Shown piece after piece: positions 20,229 to 28,296 of a stretch of 56,609 nucleotides of DNA. The position numbers were made by a program, and so were the translations under genes. The notes beneath the pieces are model-generated. The model searched no databases. It was not told the origin of the DNA and saw nothing but the letters and a program-made list of their open reading frames with translations. Location: NCBI GenBank assembly GCA_946496575.1, contig CAMMHE010000005.1:1-56609 (forward strand), in the 5' to 3' direction. Positions within the stretch are counted from its first letter, which is position 1. Every line of letters begins with the position of its first letter. This DNA comes from an uncultured Clostridium sp. (lineage in GTDB: Bacteria > Bacillota > Clostridia > TANB77 > CAG-508).

Positions 20229-20927
20229 ATGGTTATTATTAATGGCGATGTAAACGGATGTATAGTTAGAGGAAATATTTGTCATGGCAGCACTTGCAAA
20301 AAGGTTGACAAGACAAAAAAGGAATCAGCAAACGGTGTTAATCGGATTGCTATTTATAGTAGAATAAATGTAAAAGTATCCGCCTGTAACACAACTGATG
20401 TAATAGCACATCTCCATGGTTCGGGTATTATGGACGGCGACCTTGAACTTTCTGTAACAAGATTTGGCGATGAAATTCAAATTTCAGTCAAATCAGATGA
20501 AACTTCAGGCAATAGTATGCCTATAATATCTGGCAACTCTATTGTTATTAACAATTTCAGCAGTGGGAGTAACAATGACTTAACACTCGACATTACAATT
20601 CCGAATGAAGAGTTTGAAAAAATTTCTGTTGAAATCAAAAACGCTAACATTGATGTAGCATCTTACATCAAAGCTAGATTTATTACAGTTGAAAACAAAA
20701 ATGGAAATGTTGCTTTATCAGCAACATTCCAAACTTTAAGTATCAAATGCAATAACGGGAATGTCAATGTTGATTCGAAGGCACATGGTGATATTAGATT
20801 AAATGTTAATGCTAAAAACGGAAATGTTGATGTATCCATTGGAAATATAGCAACTTCACATGTATCTGTTGATTCTAAAAACGGAAGTTGTAAAAACAAT
20901 ACAAGATTAAAAGGAACTCTTTTATAA
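20229..20927 (+). CDS. DUF4097-like (LiaG-type, putative adhesin beta-repeat) protein
   Basis: 232 aa. Repeated N-x-NGNV-x-V/L strands (ENKNGNVALS, CNNGNVNVDS, AKNGNVDVSI, SKNGSCKNN). AGGAGG RBS. Confidence 0.6.
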   Translation: MVIINGDVNGCIVRGNICHGSTCKKVDKTKKESANGVNRIAIYSRINVKVSACNTTDVIAHLHGSGIMDGDLELSVTRFGDEIQISVKSDETSGNSMPIISGNSIVINNFSSGSNNDLTLDITIPNEEFEKISVEIKNANIDVASYIKARFITVENKNGNVALSATFQTLSIKCNNGNVNVDSKAHGDIRLNVNAKNGNVDVSIGNIATSHVSVDSKNGSCKNNTRLKGTLL

Positions 20928-21130
20928 GGAAGTCTTGCTCCACTTTTTTATATAATTCTGAAACTTTATATTTATTACCTGTTTTTGTATCTGTCCAAAT
21001 TAAATAAACTAAATCTTTTTCCATTTCATTTTCCACTAATCATTTATATTATATATATCTAACATTCTTTTCTTCTTTCTAAAAGATTTGGATATATAAA
21101 AACAATCGACCATAATGACCGATTGTGACG

Positions 21131-21217
21131 TGGTGCAGGTGGTGGGGGTCGAACCCACACGAATGTTACTTCGCAGGATTTTGAGTCCTGTGCGTCTGCC
21201 AATTCCGCCACACCTGC
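21131..21217 (-). tRNA. tRNA-Leu (anticodon CAA), type II with long variable arm, CCA encoded
   Basis: Reverse complement GCAGGTG-TG-GCG..CGC-A-CAGGA-CTCAAAA-TCCTG-(CGAAGTAACATTCG)-GTGGG-TTCGACC-CCCAC-CACCTGC-ACCA folds into a cloverleaf. Confidence 0.93.
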
Positions 21218-21284
21218 ATAAAAATAGATACCTGATATATATTATCACAAAATGAACTATAAGTCAAAGGTTTTTTAAAATGTA

Positions 21285-21313
21285 TTGCCAAAAAAATAAA
21301 AATATGATATAGT
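21285..21313 (+). promoter_or_regulatory. SigA-type promoter with extended -10 upstream of hpf
   Basis: TTGCCA-17 nt-(TGa)TATAGT. Confidence 0.55.
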
Positions 21314-21345
21314 ACAAATATTAATAGAAAAGGGAGGATATAGTC

Positions 21346-21873
21346 ATGAAATTAAAAGTAACAGGTAAAGAACTTATAGTAACAGAGGCATTAAATGATT
21401 ATGTAGAAAAAAAGCTATCAAGAATAGAAAAATATTTTGAAAATATGGAAGCAGATGTTACATTAAGAACAGAAAAAAACGAGCAAATCGCTGAAATGAA
21501 TATCTATGCAAATGGAGAATCTTATAGAGCAGTCACAGAAGATAAAGATTTATATGCTTCCATAGATAAAGACATAGATATTCTAGAAGGACAAATTAGA
21601 AAGGCAAAGACAAGGCGAGAGAAGATGATGAGAGATGATACTTTAAAGGTATTGCAAGTAGATACAGAAAATAGACCAGAAATAGTAAATCAAATTATTA
21701 AAACATCATATTATTCTATAAAACCATTAATGCCAGAAGATGCAATGTTGGCATTGCAAGAATATCCAACACACAACTTTTTAGCATTTATAAATGTTGA
21801 AACAGGAAAAGTAAATATAATTCACAAACTTAAAGATGGAAAAAATTATGGTTTAGTAGAGCCAGAAGCTTAA
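21346..21873 (+). CDS. hpf: ribosome hibernation promoting factor, long form
   Basis: 175 aa, MKLKVTGKELIVTEALNDYVEKKLSRIEKYF N-terminal RaiA/HPF domain plus C-terminal dimerisation domain. Confidence 0.9.
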   Translation: MKLKVTGKELIVTEALNDYVEKKLSRIEKYFENMEADVTLRTEKNEQIAEMNIYANGESYRAVTEDKDLYASIDKDIDILEGQIRKAKTRREKMMRDDTLKVLQVDTENRPEIVNQIIKTSYYSIKPLMPEDAMLALQEYPTHNFLAFINVETGKVNIIHKLKDGKNYGLVEPEA

Positions 21874-21895
21874 TTTAGAGAAAATATGTAATAAG

Positions 21896-21921
21896 AAAGC
21901 AGGGAATCAATCCCTGCTTTT
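21896..21921. terminator. terminator after hpf (possibly also serving the convergent SASP gene)
   Basis: AAAGCAGGGA-ATCAA-TCCCTGCTTT then T-rich. Confidence 0.75.
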
Positions 21922-22042
21922 ATGTATTTATAAAAATAAATAAAAACAAAAACTGATTTCCTGCAATCAAATATTAAAACGTAATAATTAAATATAGTAG
22001 ATTATAACGTAATAATAAAAAATGTTGAAATTGTTAGTAAAA

Positions 22043-22237
22043 CTATTTCATAGAATTTTCAACTTGTTGTATCATTTTTCTAACCATATTTCCACCTATT
22101 CTACCAGCATCTCTAGCTGAAATGTCACCATTGTAACCATCTTTTAAAGTAACACCAACTTCACTAGCTACTTCATATTTGAATTTATCTAAAGCTGATT
22201 GAGCTTCTGGAACTAATTTCTTATTTGAGTTTGTCAT
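22043..22237 (-). CDS. alpha/beta-type small acid-soluble spore protein
   Basis: 64 aa, LVPEAQSALDKFKYEVASEVGV ... GGNMVRKMI are the two conserved SASP blocks; GGAGGTG RBS. Confidence 0.92.
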   Translation of the reverse strand: MTNSNKKLVPEAQSALDKFKYEVASEVGVTLKDGYNGDISARDAGRIGGNMVRKMIQQVENSMK

Positions 22238-22415
22238 GTTTTTTCACCTCCTGCTATATATAACATCTAAAGAAAAAACTATTGCTTTTTCTAAACTTAT
22301 GATGTACAATTTCAAAGAAAATAAACAGGAAAAAAATTGAAAAATGTAAAAAAATAAAAAATAAATAAAAAACATATATAATGGAAATCATAATAGAAAA
22401 TTAGGAGGAAATTAT

Positions 22416-23300
22416 ATGTATAAATTAATAGCAATTGATTTAGACGGAACTTTATTAAATTCAAATGGCATAGTAAGTAAAAGAACAAAAGAAGTATTAG
22501 AAAAGATATTAAATAGAAATATAGAAATAGTATTAGCATCAGGAAGACCAATAAATTCTATAAAAGCAATTGCAGAAGAAATAGGATCTAGAAAATACTT
22601 TATAGCAGGTAATGGAGCTATAGTATATGATATCAAAAAAAATGAAATATTATACAAAAATTTTTTAAAGAAGGATAAAATATTAGATGTAATAAAAATA
22701 TGCGAGGAAAATAGTATTTATTATAACATTTACACAGAAAAAGAAATTTTAACTACATCTTTAAAATATAATGTACTATATTATAACAAGGAAAACTCAA
22801 ATAGAGAAGAAAAAGACAGAATAAAAATAAATATAGTAGAAAATATGTATGAATATATAGAAAAATTAGATAGAGAAGATTTTTTAAAAATAACAATATG
22901 TGATGAGAACAAATTAATTTTTAATTCAATAATAAAAAAAATAAAACAAATAAAAGATATAGAAGTTTTAGATATAGAGCATATGTCAAGAAAGACAATA
23001 ACACATGGTACTGAAAAAACAGATATAACATATTCATATACAGAAGTATCTGCAAAAAATGTAGATAAATGGCAAGCAATAGAACAAATAATGCATATAG
23101 AGAAAATAAAAAAAGAAGAAGTAATAGCAATAGGAGACAATATAAATGATAAAAAAATGATTCAAAATGCAGGTCTGGGAATTGGGATGAAAGGAAGTGC
23201 ACCAGAAGTAATACAAGTTGCACAAGTGATAACAGAATTTTCGAATAATTCAGAAGGAGTAGCAGAAATATTAAATAAAATATTAAATTTAAATATTTAA
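22416..23300 (+). CDS. Cof-type HAD-IIB phosphatase
   Basis: 294 aa, MYKLIAIDLDGTLLNS (motif I), ASGRP, GDNINDKKM (motif IV). Confidence 0.88.
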   Translation: MYKLIAIDLDGTLLNSNGIVSKRTKEVLEKILNRNIEIVLASGRPINSIKAIAEEIGSRKYFIAGNGAIVYDIKKNEILYKNFLKKDKILDVIKICEENSIYYNIYTEKEILTTSLKYNVLYYNKENSNREEKDRIKINIVENMYEYIEKLDREDFLKITICDENKLIFNSIIKKIKQIKDIEVLDIEHMSRKTITHGTEKTDITYSYTEVSAKNVDKWQAIEQIMHIEKIKKEEVIAIGDNINDKKMIQNAGLGIGMKGSAPEVIQVAQVITEFSNNSEGVAEILNKILNLNI

Positions 23301-23355
23301 TATTACAAAAATATTACAGCAATATTAAGTTTAGTTTACAAACCATCTAATTATA

Positions 23356-23384
23356 TTGATTTATGATTTAGTATGGTGTACAAT
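23356..23384 (+). promoter_or_regulatory. candidate SigA-type promoter of the Tad-like operon
   Basis: TTGATT-17 nt-TACAAT (preceded by TG), about 55 nt upstream of the 23442 start. Confidence 0.45.
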
Positions 23385-23441
23385 AAAATAAATCGAATTT
23401 TGTAAAAAAATATACAAAATAGCGAAAAGGGAGGAATTATA

Positions 23442-24695
23442 ATGGCTTCAAATCCAATACAAAAAAAAGTAAGAAATTCAATGTTATTAGGAGCTTTAAT
23501 TACATTAGTAATCACAGGAATAATTATAGGGCTTTTATTAATGCAATTAATGAAAGTAAATAAAGAGCAAGAAGAATTAAAAGCTTCATATGTATCAGTT
23601 TATACATTAAGTCAAGATGTTAAATCAGGACAAGTACTAACAGAAGATATGTTTAAATTAGGAAATGTTTTATTAGAACATGTACCTAATAATGCAACAA
23701 CTGATATATCAACATTTACAAATTATTCATTATCAGATAGTGAAGGAAATAAAGTATATACAGATAAAGAAGGAACATATCTAGTAAAAACAAGTGAATA
23801 TTTAGAAGTATTTCTAGATGAATCAGGAAAATATTATACATATGCAAGCAATGGAGAAAAAACAAATTTAGATAATATAAACTCAAGAAATGTAATACAA
23901 GATGAATACGGAATGTTCATAGTTCAAGAAACTCAAGGAAAGACTAGACTTTATAAAGAAGACTTAACAGATCAATATTACATATTAAGAGTAAGATATA
24001 ATACTGCGGAAAACTCAAATCAACCAGTTAGAGAAAAAGAAAATATAACAATATTAGGAGCACCATTGATAGCAAAAGTAGATATGAATTCTAATACAGT
24101 ATTAACATTGGATTTAATATCAGTAGGAAGTTTGGTAACAGCTGATGTAAGAAAACAAGAATACAATGCCATAGTATTACCAATGGATTTAGCTACAGGA
24201 GATTATGTAGATATAAGATTACAATTACCATCAGGACAAGACTTTATAGTTGTATCTAAAAAATCAGTTGAAATACCAATAGTGCAAGGTATGGATTCAA
24301 CAGATACTGTATGGATGCAACTTTCAGAAGACGAAATCTTATCAATGTCTTGTGCAATAGTAGAAGCTTATAGAATAAATGGTTCAAAATTATATGCTAC
24401 AAAATATACTGATCCAGGAATGCAAGAAGCAGCGATACCAACATATCCAATAAATGCTGAAACAGTAGCATTAATACAAGCAGATCCAAATGTAACAGAA
24501 ACAGCAATGAATAATTTAAGAGCTAGATATAATGCAAGTTTAAGAAATGAATATATAAATAATGAATTACAAAAAGACGGAAATAGCGAATCAAACATAC
24601 CAGGCAAAATAAATGAAAGTATAACAAAGACACAAGACCAAAGAAAACAATATTTGGAAGGATTAGCAAACGATGCAGCAAGCGGTGCATATTAA
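23442..24695 (+). CDS. CpaB/RcpC-like pilus assembly protein with large insertion
   Basis: 417 aa. N-terminal TM (LLGALITLVITGIIIGLLLM), SAF-like VSVYTLSQDVKSGQVLTEDMFKLGNV, later AIVLPMDLATGDYVDIRLQLPSG as in CpaB. AGGGAGG RBS. Confidence 0.65.
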   Translation: MASNPIQKKVRNSMLLGALITLVITGIIIGLLLMQLMKVNKEQEELKASYVSVYTLSQDVKSGQVLTEDMFKLGNVLLEHVPNNATTDISTFTNYSLSDSEGNKVYTDKEGTYLVKTSEYLEVFLDESGKYYTYASNGEKTNLDNINSRNVIQDEYGMFIVQETQGKTRLYKEDLTDQYYILRVRYNTAENSNQPVREKENITILGAPLIAKVDMNSNTVLTLDLISVGSLVTADVRKQEYNAIVLPMDLATGDYVDIRLQLPSGQDFIVVSKKSVEIPIVQGMDSTDTVWMQLSEDEILSMSCAIVEAYRINGSKLYATKYTDPGMQEAAIPTYPINAETVALIQADPNVTETAMNNLRARYNASLRNEYINNELQKDGNSESNIPGKINESITKTQDQRKQYLEGLANDAASGAY

Positions 24696-24727
24696 AGTTT
24701 TAAGGTCATTTGCATGACCTTAAAACT
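24696..24727 (+). promoter_or_regulatory. perfect 14-bp stem-loop between operon genes 1 and 2
   Basis: AGTTTTAAGGTCAT-TTGC-ATGACCTTAAAACT starts immediately after the stop codon; no U-tract follows. Confidence 0.6.
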
Positions 24728-24755
24728 ATATTATACAAAAGGGAAAGGAAAAAAT

Positions 24756-25433
24756 ATGAACAAAGTAGGATTTATTGGAGCTTATGATAAAACAGATTTG
24801 ATTATATACACAGCAAAAATACTTACTGAATTACAAAAAAAAGTACTTATATTAGATACTACACAAAGTCAGAAATCTAGATATGTTGTTCCTGCTATAA
24901 ATCCAACTGTTTCATATATTACAGAATTCGAAAATATAGATATAGCAGTAGGATTTGGAAATTTCCAAACATTACAAGAATATATAGGAACAGAACAACT
25001 TAATTATGATTATGCATTAATAGATATTGATAATAGTGCTGCAATAAGAGGAACAGGTTTGGAAATTGTAGACAAAACGTATTTTGTTACAGCATTTGAT
25101 TTGTACTCACTAAAAAAAGGTGTAGAAATTTTAGAAAATCTGAAAAATCCACTAAAGCTAACAAAAATATTTTTTGCACAAACTTTTTATCAGGAAGATG
25201 ATGAATATTTAAACTTTTTATCATTAGGAAAAAAAGTAATTTGGAATGATAATATGATATATTTTCCTATTGAAAATGGAGATACATCTGCCATAGCAGA
25301 AAATCAAAAATTAGGAAAAATAAAGTTTAAAAATTTAAGCCTTGATTACAGAGAAGGAGTTGCATATTTAGCAAGTGATATTTCAGGAGAAAAAGCCAAA
25401 AACATAAAGAACATAATTAAAAACTTAGAATAG
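24756..25433 (+). CDS. ParA/MinD-fold TadZ-like protein with degenerate P-loop
   Basis: ATG 24756 after GGGAAAGGA (the ORF track opens at 24714 inside the hairpin). VGFIGAYDKTDL replaces the Walker A; YDYALIDID Walker-B-like. Confidence 0.6.
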   Translation: MNKVGFIGAYDKTDLIIYTAKILTELQKKVLILDTTQSQKSRYVVPAINPTVSYITEFENIDIAVGFGNFQTLQEYIGTEQLNYDYALIDIDNSAAIRGTGLEIVDKTYFVTAFDLYSLKKGVEILENLKNPLKLTKIFFAQTFYQEDDEYLNFLSLGKKVIWNDNMIYFPIENGDTSAIAENQKLGKIKFKNLSLDYREGVAYLASDISGEKAKNIKNIIKNLE

Positions 25434-25444
25434 AGGAGAATAAT

Positions 25445-26272
25445 ATGTCAGTAATAACATTTTGGGGGAGTGGCAAAGAACAAGTTGGAAAAACTTTATC
25501 ACTTGTTGCAATTGCTACAAATATGGCAATAGAACATAATAAAAAAATGTTAATAATTTCAGCAAGCTACAATAATGATACTCTTAAGAATTGTTATTGG
25601 AATGAAAGCACAACAAAAAAAATACCATTGTTTGCTCAATCTAATTCAATTTCACTTGACAATGGTATAGAAGGGTTATCAAAAATAATTCAAAGTAACA
25701 AAATAACTCCAGAACTGATAACAGATTATACTAAAGTAGTATTTAAAAATAGACTTGAAGTATTATTGGGGTTTGAAGAAAATACATTAATTTCTAAAGA
25801 AGAAGTAGCAAAAACATATGCTGAAATAGTAAAGCTTGCTAATAGATATTATGATTATGTATTTGTGGATCTAGACAATGAAATAATTTCTATAGGAGTT
25901 GAAGATATATTAAAAAACTCTGACTTAATAATAGCAATGACATCACAAAGGCTAACAAGTATAGAGAAGCTAAAAGAGAAGATGAAACAATTACCAACAC
26001 ATAAAATGTTAATTTTAATAGGAAAGTATAATAAGAAATCAAAATATTCAATAAAGAATTTGACAAGATATTTAGGAGAACGAAAAGAAATTCTAGCAAT
26101 ACCATACAGTACACTTTATTTTGAAGCAGCAGAAGAGGGAATGGTTCCAGATTTATTTTTAAAGTTAAGAAGAATAAATGAGCAGACAGATGGAAATGCA
26201 TTTTTTATAGATCAAGTAAAGAGAGTATCTGCTGAAATAATAGAAAAATTACAAGCAAATAAAATGATTTAA
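25445..26272 (+). CDS. ParA/MinD-family ATPase, TadZ/CpaE-like
   Basis: 275 aa, Walker A GKEQVGKT (in ITFWGSGKEQVGKTLS), YYDYVFVDLD Walker B; sits directly upstream of the secretion ATPase as in Tad loci. Confidence 0.65.
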   Translation: MSVITFWGSGKEQVGKTLSLVAIATNMAIEHNKKMLIISASYNNDTLKNCYWNESTTKKIPLFAQSNSISLDNGIEGLSKIIQSNKITPELITDYTKVVFKNRLEVLLGFEENTLISKEEVAKTYAEIVKLANRYYDYVFVDLDNEIISIGVEDILKNSDLIIAMTSQRLTSIEKLKEKMKQLPTHKMLILIGKYNKKSKYSIKNLTRYLGERKEILAIPYSTLYFEAAEEGMVPDLFLKLRRINEQTDGNAFFIDQVKRVSAEIIEKLQANKMI

Positions 26273-26288
26273 TAGAAGGAGGTAAAAA

Positions 26289-28227
26289 ATGACAATAATT
26301 AATATAGCGCTAATAATAGTCATAATAGCGGTGTCTGCCTCAGCCATTTGGGTATATATAAACAAAAAGAAAAATGCTGTTGTCGAAGAAATAGAAGTTG
26401 ATGATAAAACATTTACTTTAGAAAAAATGAGAGACTTTGTAAAACGTAGACTAGATGAAATTACAAAAGTAAATTTATATGATATAGGATTATCAGAAGA
26501 AGAATTAAAAAGAAGGAAAAATAAAAAATATGAACTAAAAAAAGCATTAAAAGGATGTACATATGGTGACGTAAATGACAAAAAATATGTAAAAGAGCTT
26601 ATTTATGAATTATTAGCAAAAGAATATGGAGTAGATGAATCAAATATATCAAAAGCAATACCATTTGATATACCATCATTATTAACTTCACAAGACAAAT
26701 TTGATATACTAATTTATATGTATAAAAAAGAATTTGGATATGAAGCTTTAGCAGAAATAATAAAGAAATACAATCTAGATACACTAAAATACATACAAGG
26801 AGAAACCAAACCATGTTATGTAATAACAGAAGAAGAAATAAATAATATTTATGAAAAAGAAGCTATAGTATTATCATTCAAAGATAAATTAAATATAGTT
26901 GTACAAAGAATATATCAGCATTACAAAGGATATAGTTCAATAGACGAAATAAGAGATATGAACATAGATGGTGTATCAGGAGGTGTATCAGGTCTTCCAG
27001 AATCTTTCTTAAGCCAAGTAGCACAAACAGATGGAGACTATTTAGAACAAATTACTGAATATAAAGTACCACGTGCATGTGATAGCATTTGGATAATGTT
27101 TAGAGGTAAATCAATACGTTTAGCATTCCTTTCATTTGGAACTGAGGCAGAATTAAAAAGGGTTTGCCAAAACATTTACAAATATAATAATCCTGGTCAA
27201 TTATCTGATACAAATGGTTATAAAATAAATGAAATGAAAGATGGTTCTCGTGTAGTAGTAGTAAGGCCAAGCATGTCAGAGACATGGGCATTTTTCGTAA
27301 GAAAATTCGACGTAAAACGTGCAACACTAGAGCAAATAGTAACATTACCTGGATATGAACAAACAATAGATCTTTTAAAATATTTAGTAAAAGGAGCAAG
27401 AATTATATCACTAACAGGTGAGCAAGGCTGTGGTAAAACAACTATGCTTATGGCGATGATAGAAAATATATATGAAACTATGAACTTACGTATTACAGAG
27501 ACGGCATTTGAGTTGCATTTAAGAAAAATATATCCAACAAGAAACATATTATCAATGCGTGAAACAGAAACAGTTTCAGGACAAGACTGTTTGGACGTTC
27601 AAAAGAAAACAGATGGTTCTGTAAATATTATACGGAGAGGTTGCAACAGATCCGGTTGCATCTTGGATGATACAATCAGCACAAGTAGCATCAAAATTCA
27701 CATTATTTACTCACCATGCTAAAACATTTCCAGATTTAGTAACAGCATTGCGTAACTCAATGTTAAGAGCTGGAGTATTTAGAAACGAAAAAACAGCAGA
27801 AGAACAAGTAGTTCAAGTATTAAATTTTGATATACATTTAGTAAAAGACTTTAGAGGAAGAAGATACATAGAAAGAGTAACAGAATGTATTCCAATCGAA
27901 GAAAAAAATGAATACACATATGACCATAGAAAAGAAAAAACATTAGAAGGAAAATTTGACAAATTTTTTGATAATGCAACACAATATTTTAGTAAAACAA
28001 CAGATAGAAAAATATATGCATATAGAAATATACTAGAATATGTTGATGGAGAATATGTAATAACAAACAAAATATCAGATAAAAACTTGATGGAAATGAG
28101 AAACAACATGAATGATGAGGACAAAGAAGAATTCGATAAATTTATTGAAAAAAATTGGGGAACAAAAGCATCAAATTCAACAAAAGAAAAAGTTGTAAAA
28201 ACAAGAAAAACAAAAGCAAGTAAATAA
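26289..28227 (+). pseudogene. CpaF/TadA-like type IV filament ATPase with N-terminal TM anchor, split by a +1-nt frameshift near 27625-27633
   Basis: ORFs 26289-27722 and 27667-28227 overlap. Walker A LTGEQGCGKTT, RITETAFEL, then ...SVNII / GEVATDPVASWMIQSAQVASKFTLFTHHAKT continues in the +1 frame (Walker B and His box). Confidence 0.75.
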
Positions 28228-28296
28228 TATAAATAAACTATATAAGGAAAAATAAATGAGTAAAACAATAAAAGAACAGGAGGTGTTTTAGCCTAC

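Noticed and set aside
20870-21023. About 50-codon minus-strand ORF (MEKDLVYLIWTDTKTGNKYKVSELYKK...) next to the tRNA
   Set aside because: It is short, overlaps the 3' end of the DUF4097-like gene, and its tail is low-complexity. It may be an N-terminal remnant of a lost gene but cannot be supported as a feature.
21036-21248. 70-aa minus-strand ORF
   Set aside because: It runs straight through the tRNA-Leu gene (21131-21217), so it is a spurious translation of a structural RNA.
22238-22415. SigG/SigF promoter call upstream of the SASP gene
   Set aside because: Only weak matches were found (GTACA ... CAATAGT on the minus strand) to the GHATR / CAHWHTA consensus. This is not good enough to annotate without a matrix search.
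27625-27667. Programmed ribosomal frameshift in the Tad-like ATPase
   Set aside because: The shift needed is +1 (skipping a base). There is no slippery heptamer, rare-codon/SD stimulator or downstream pseudoknot. A mutation or sequencing error is more parsimonious.
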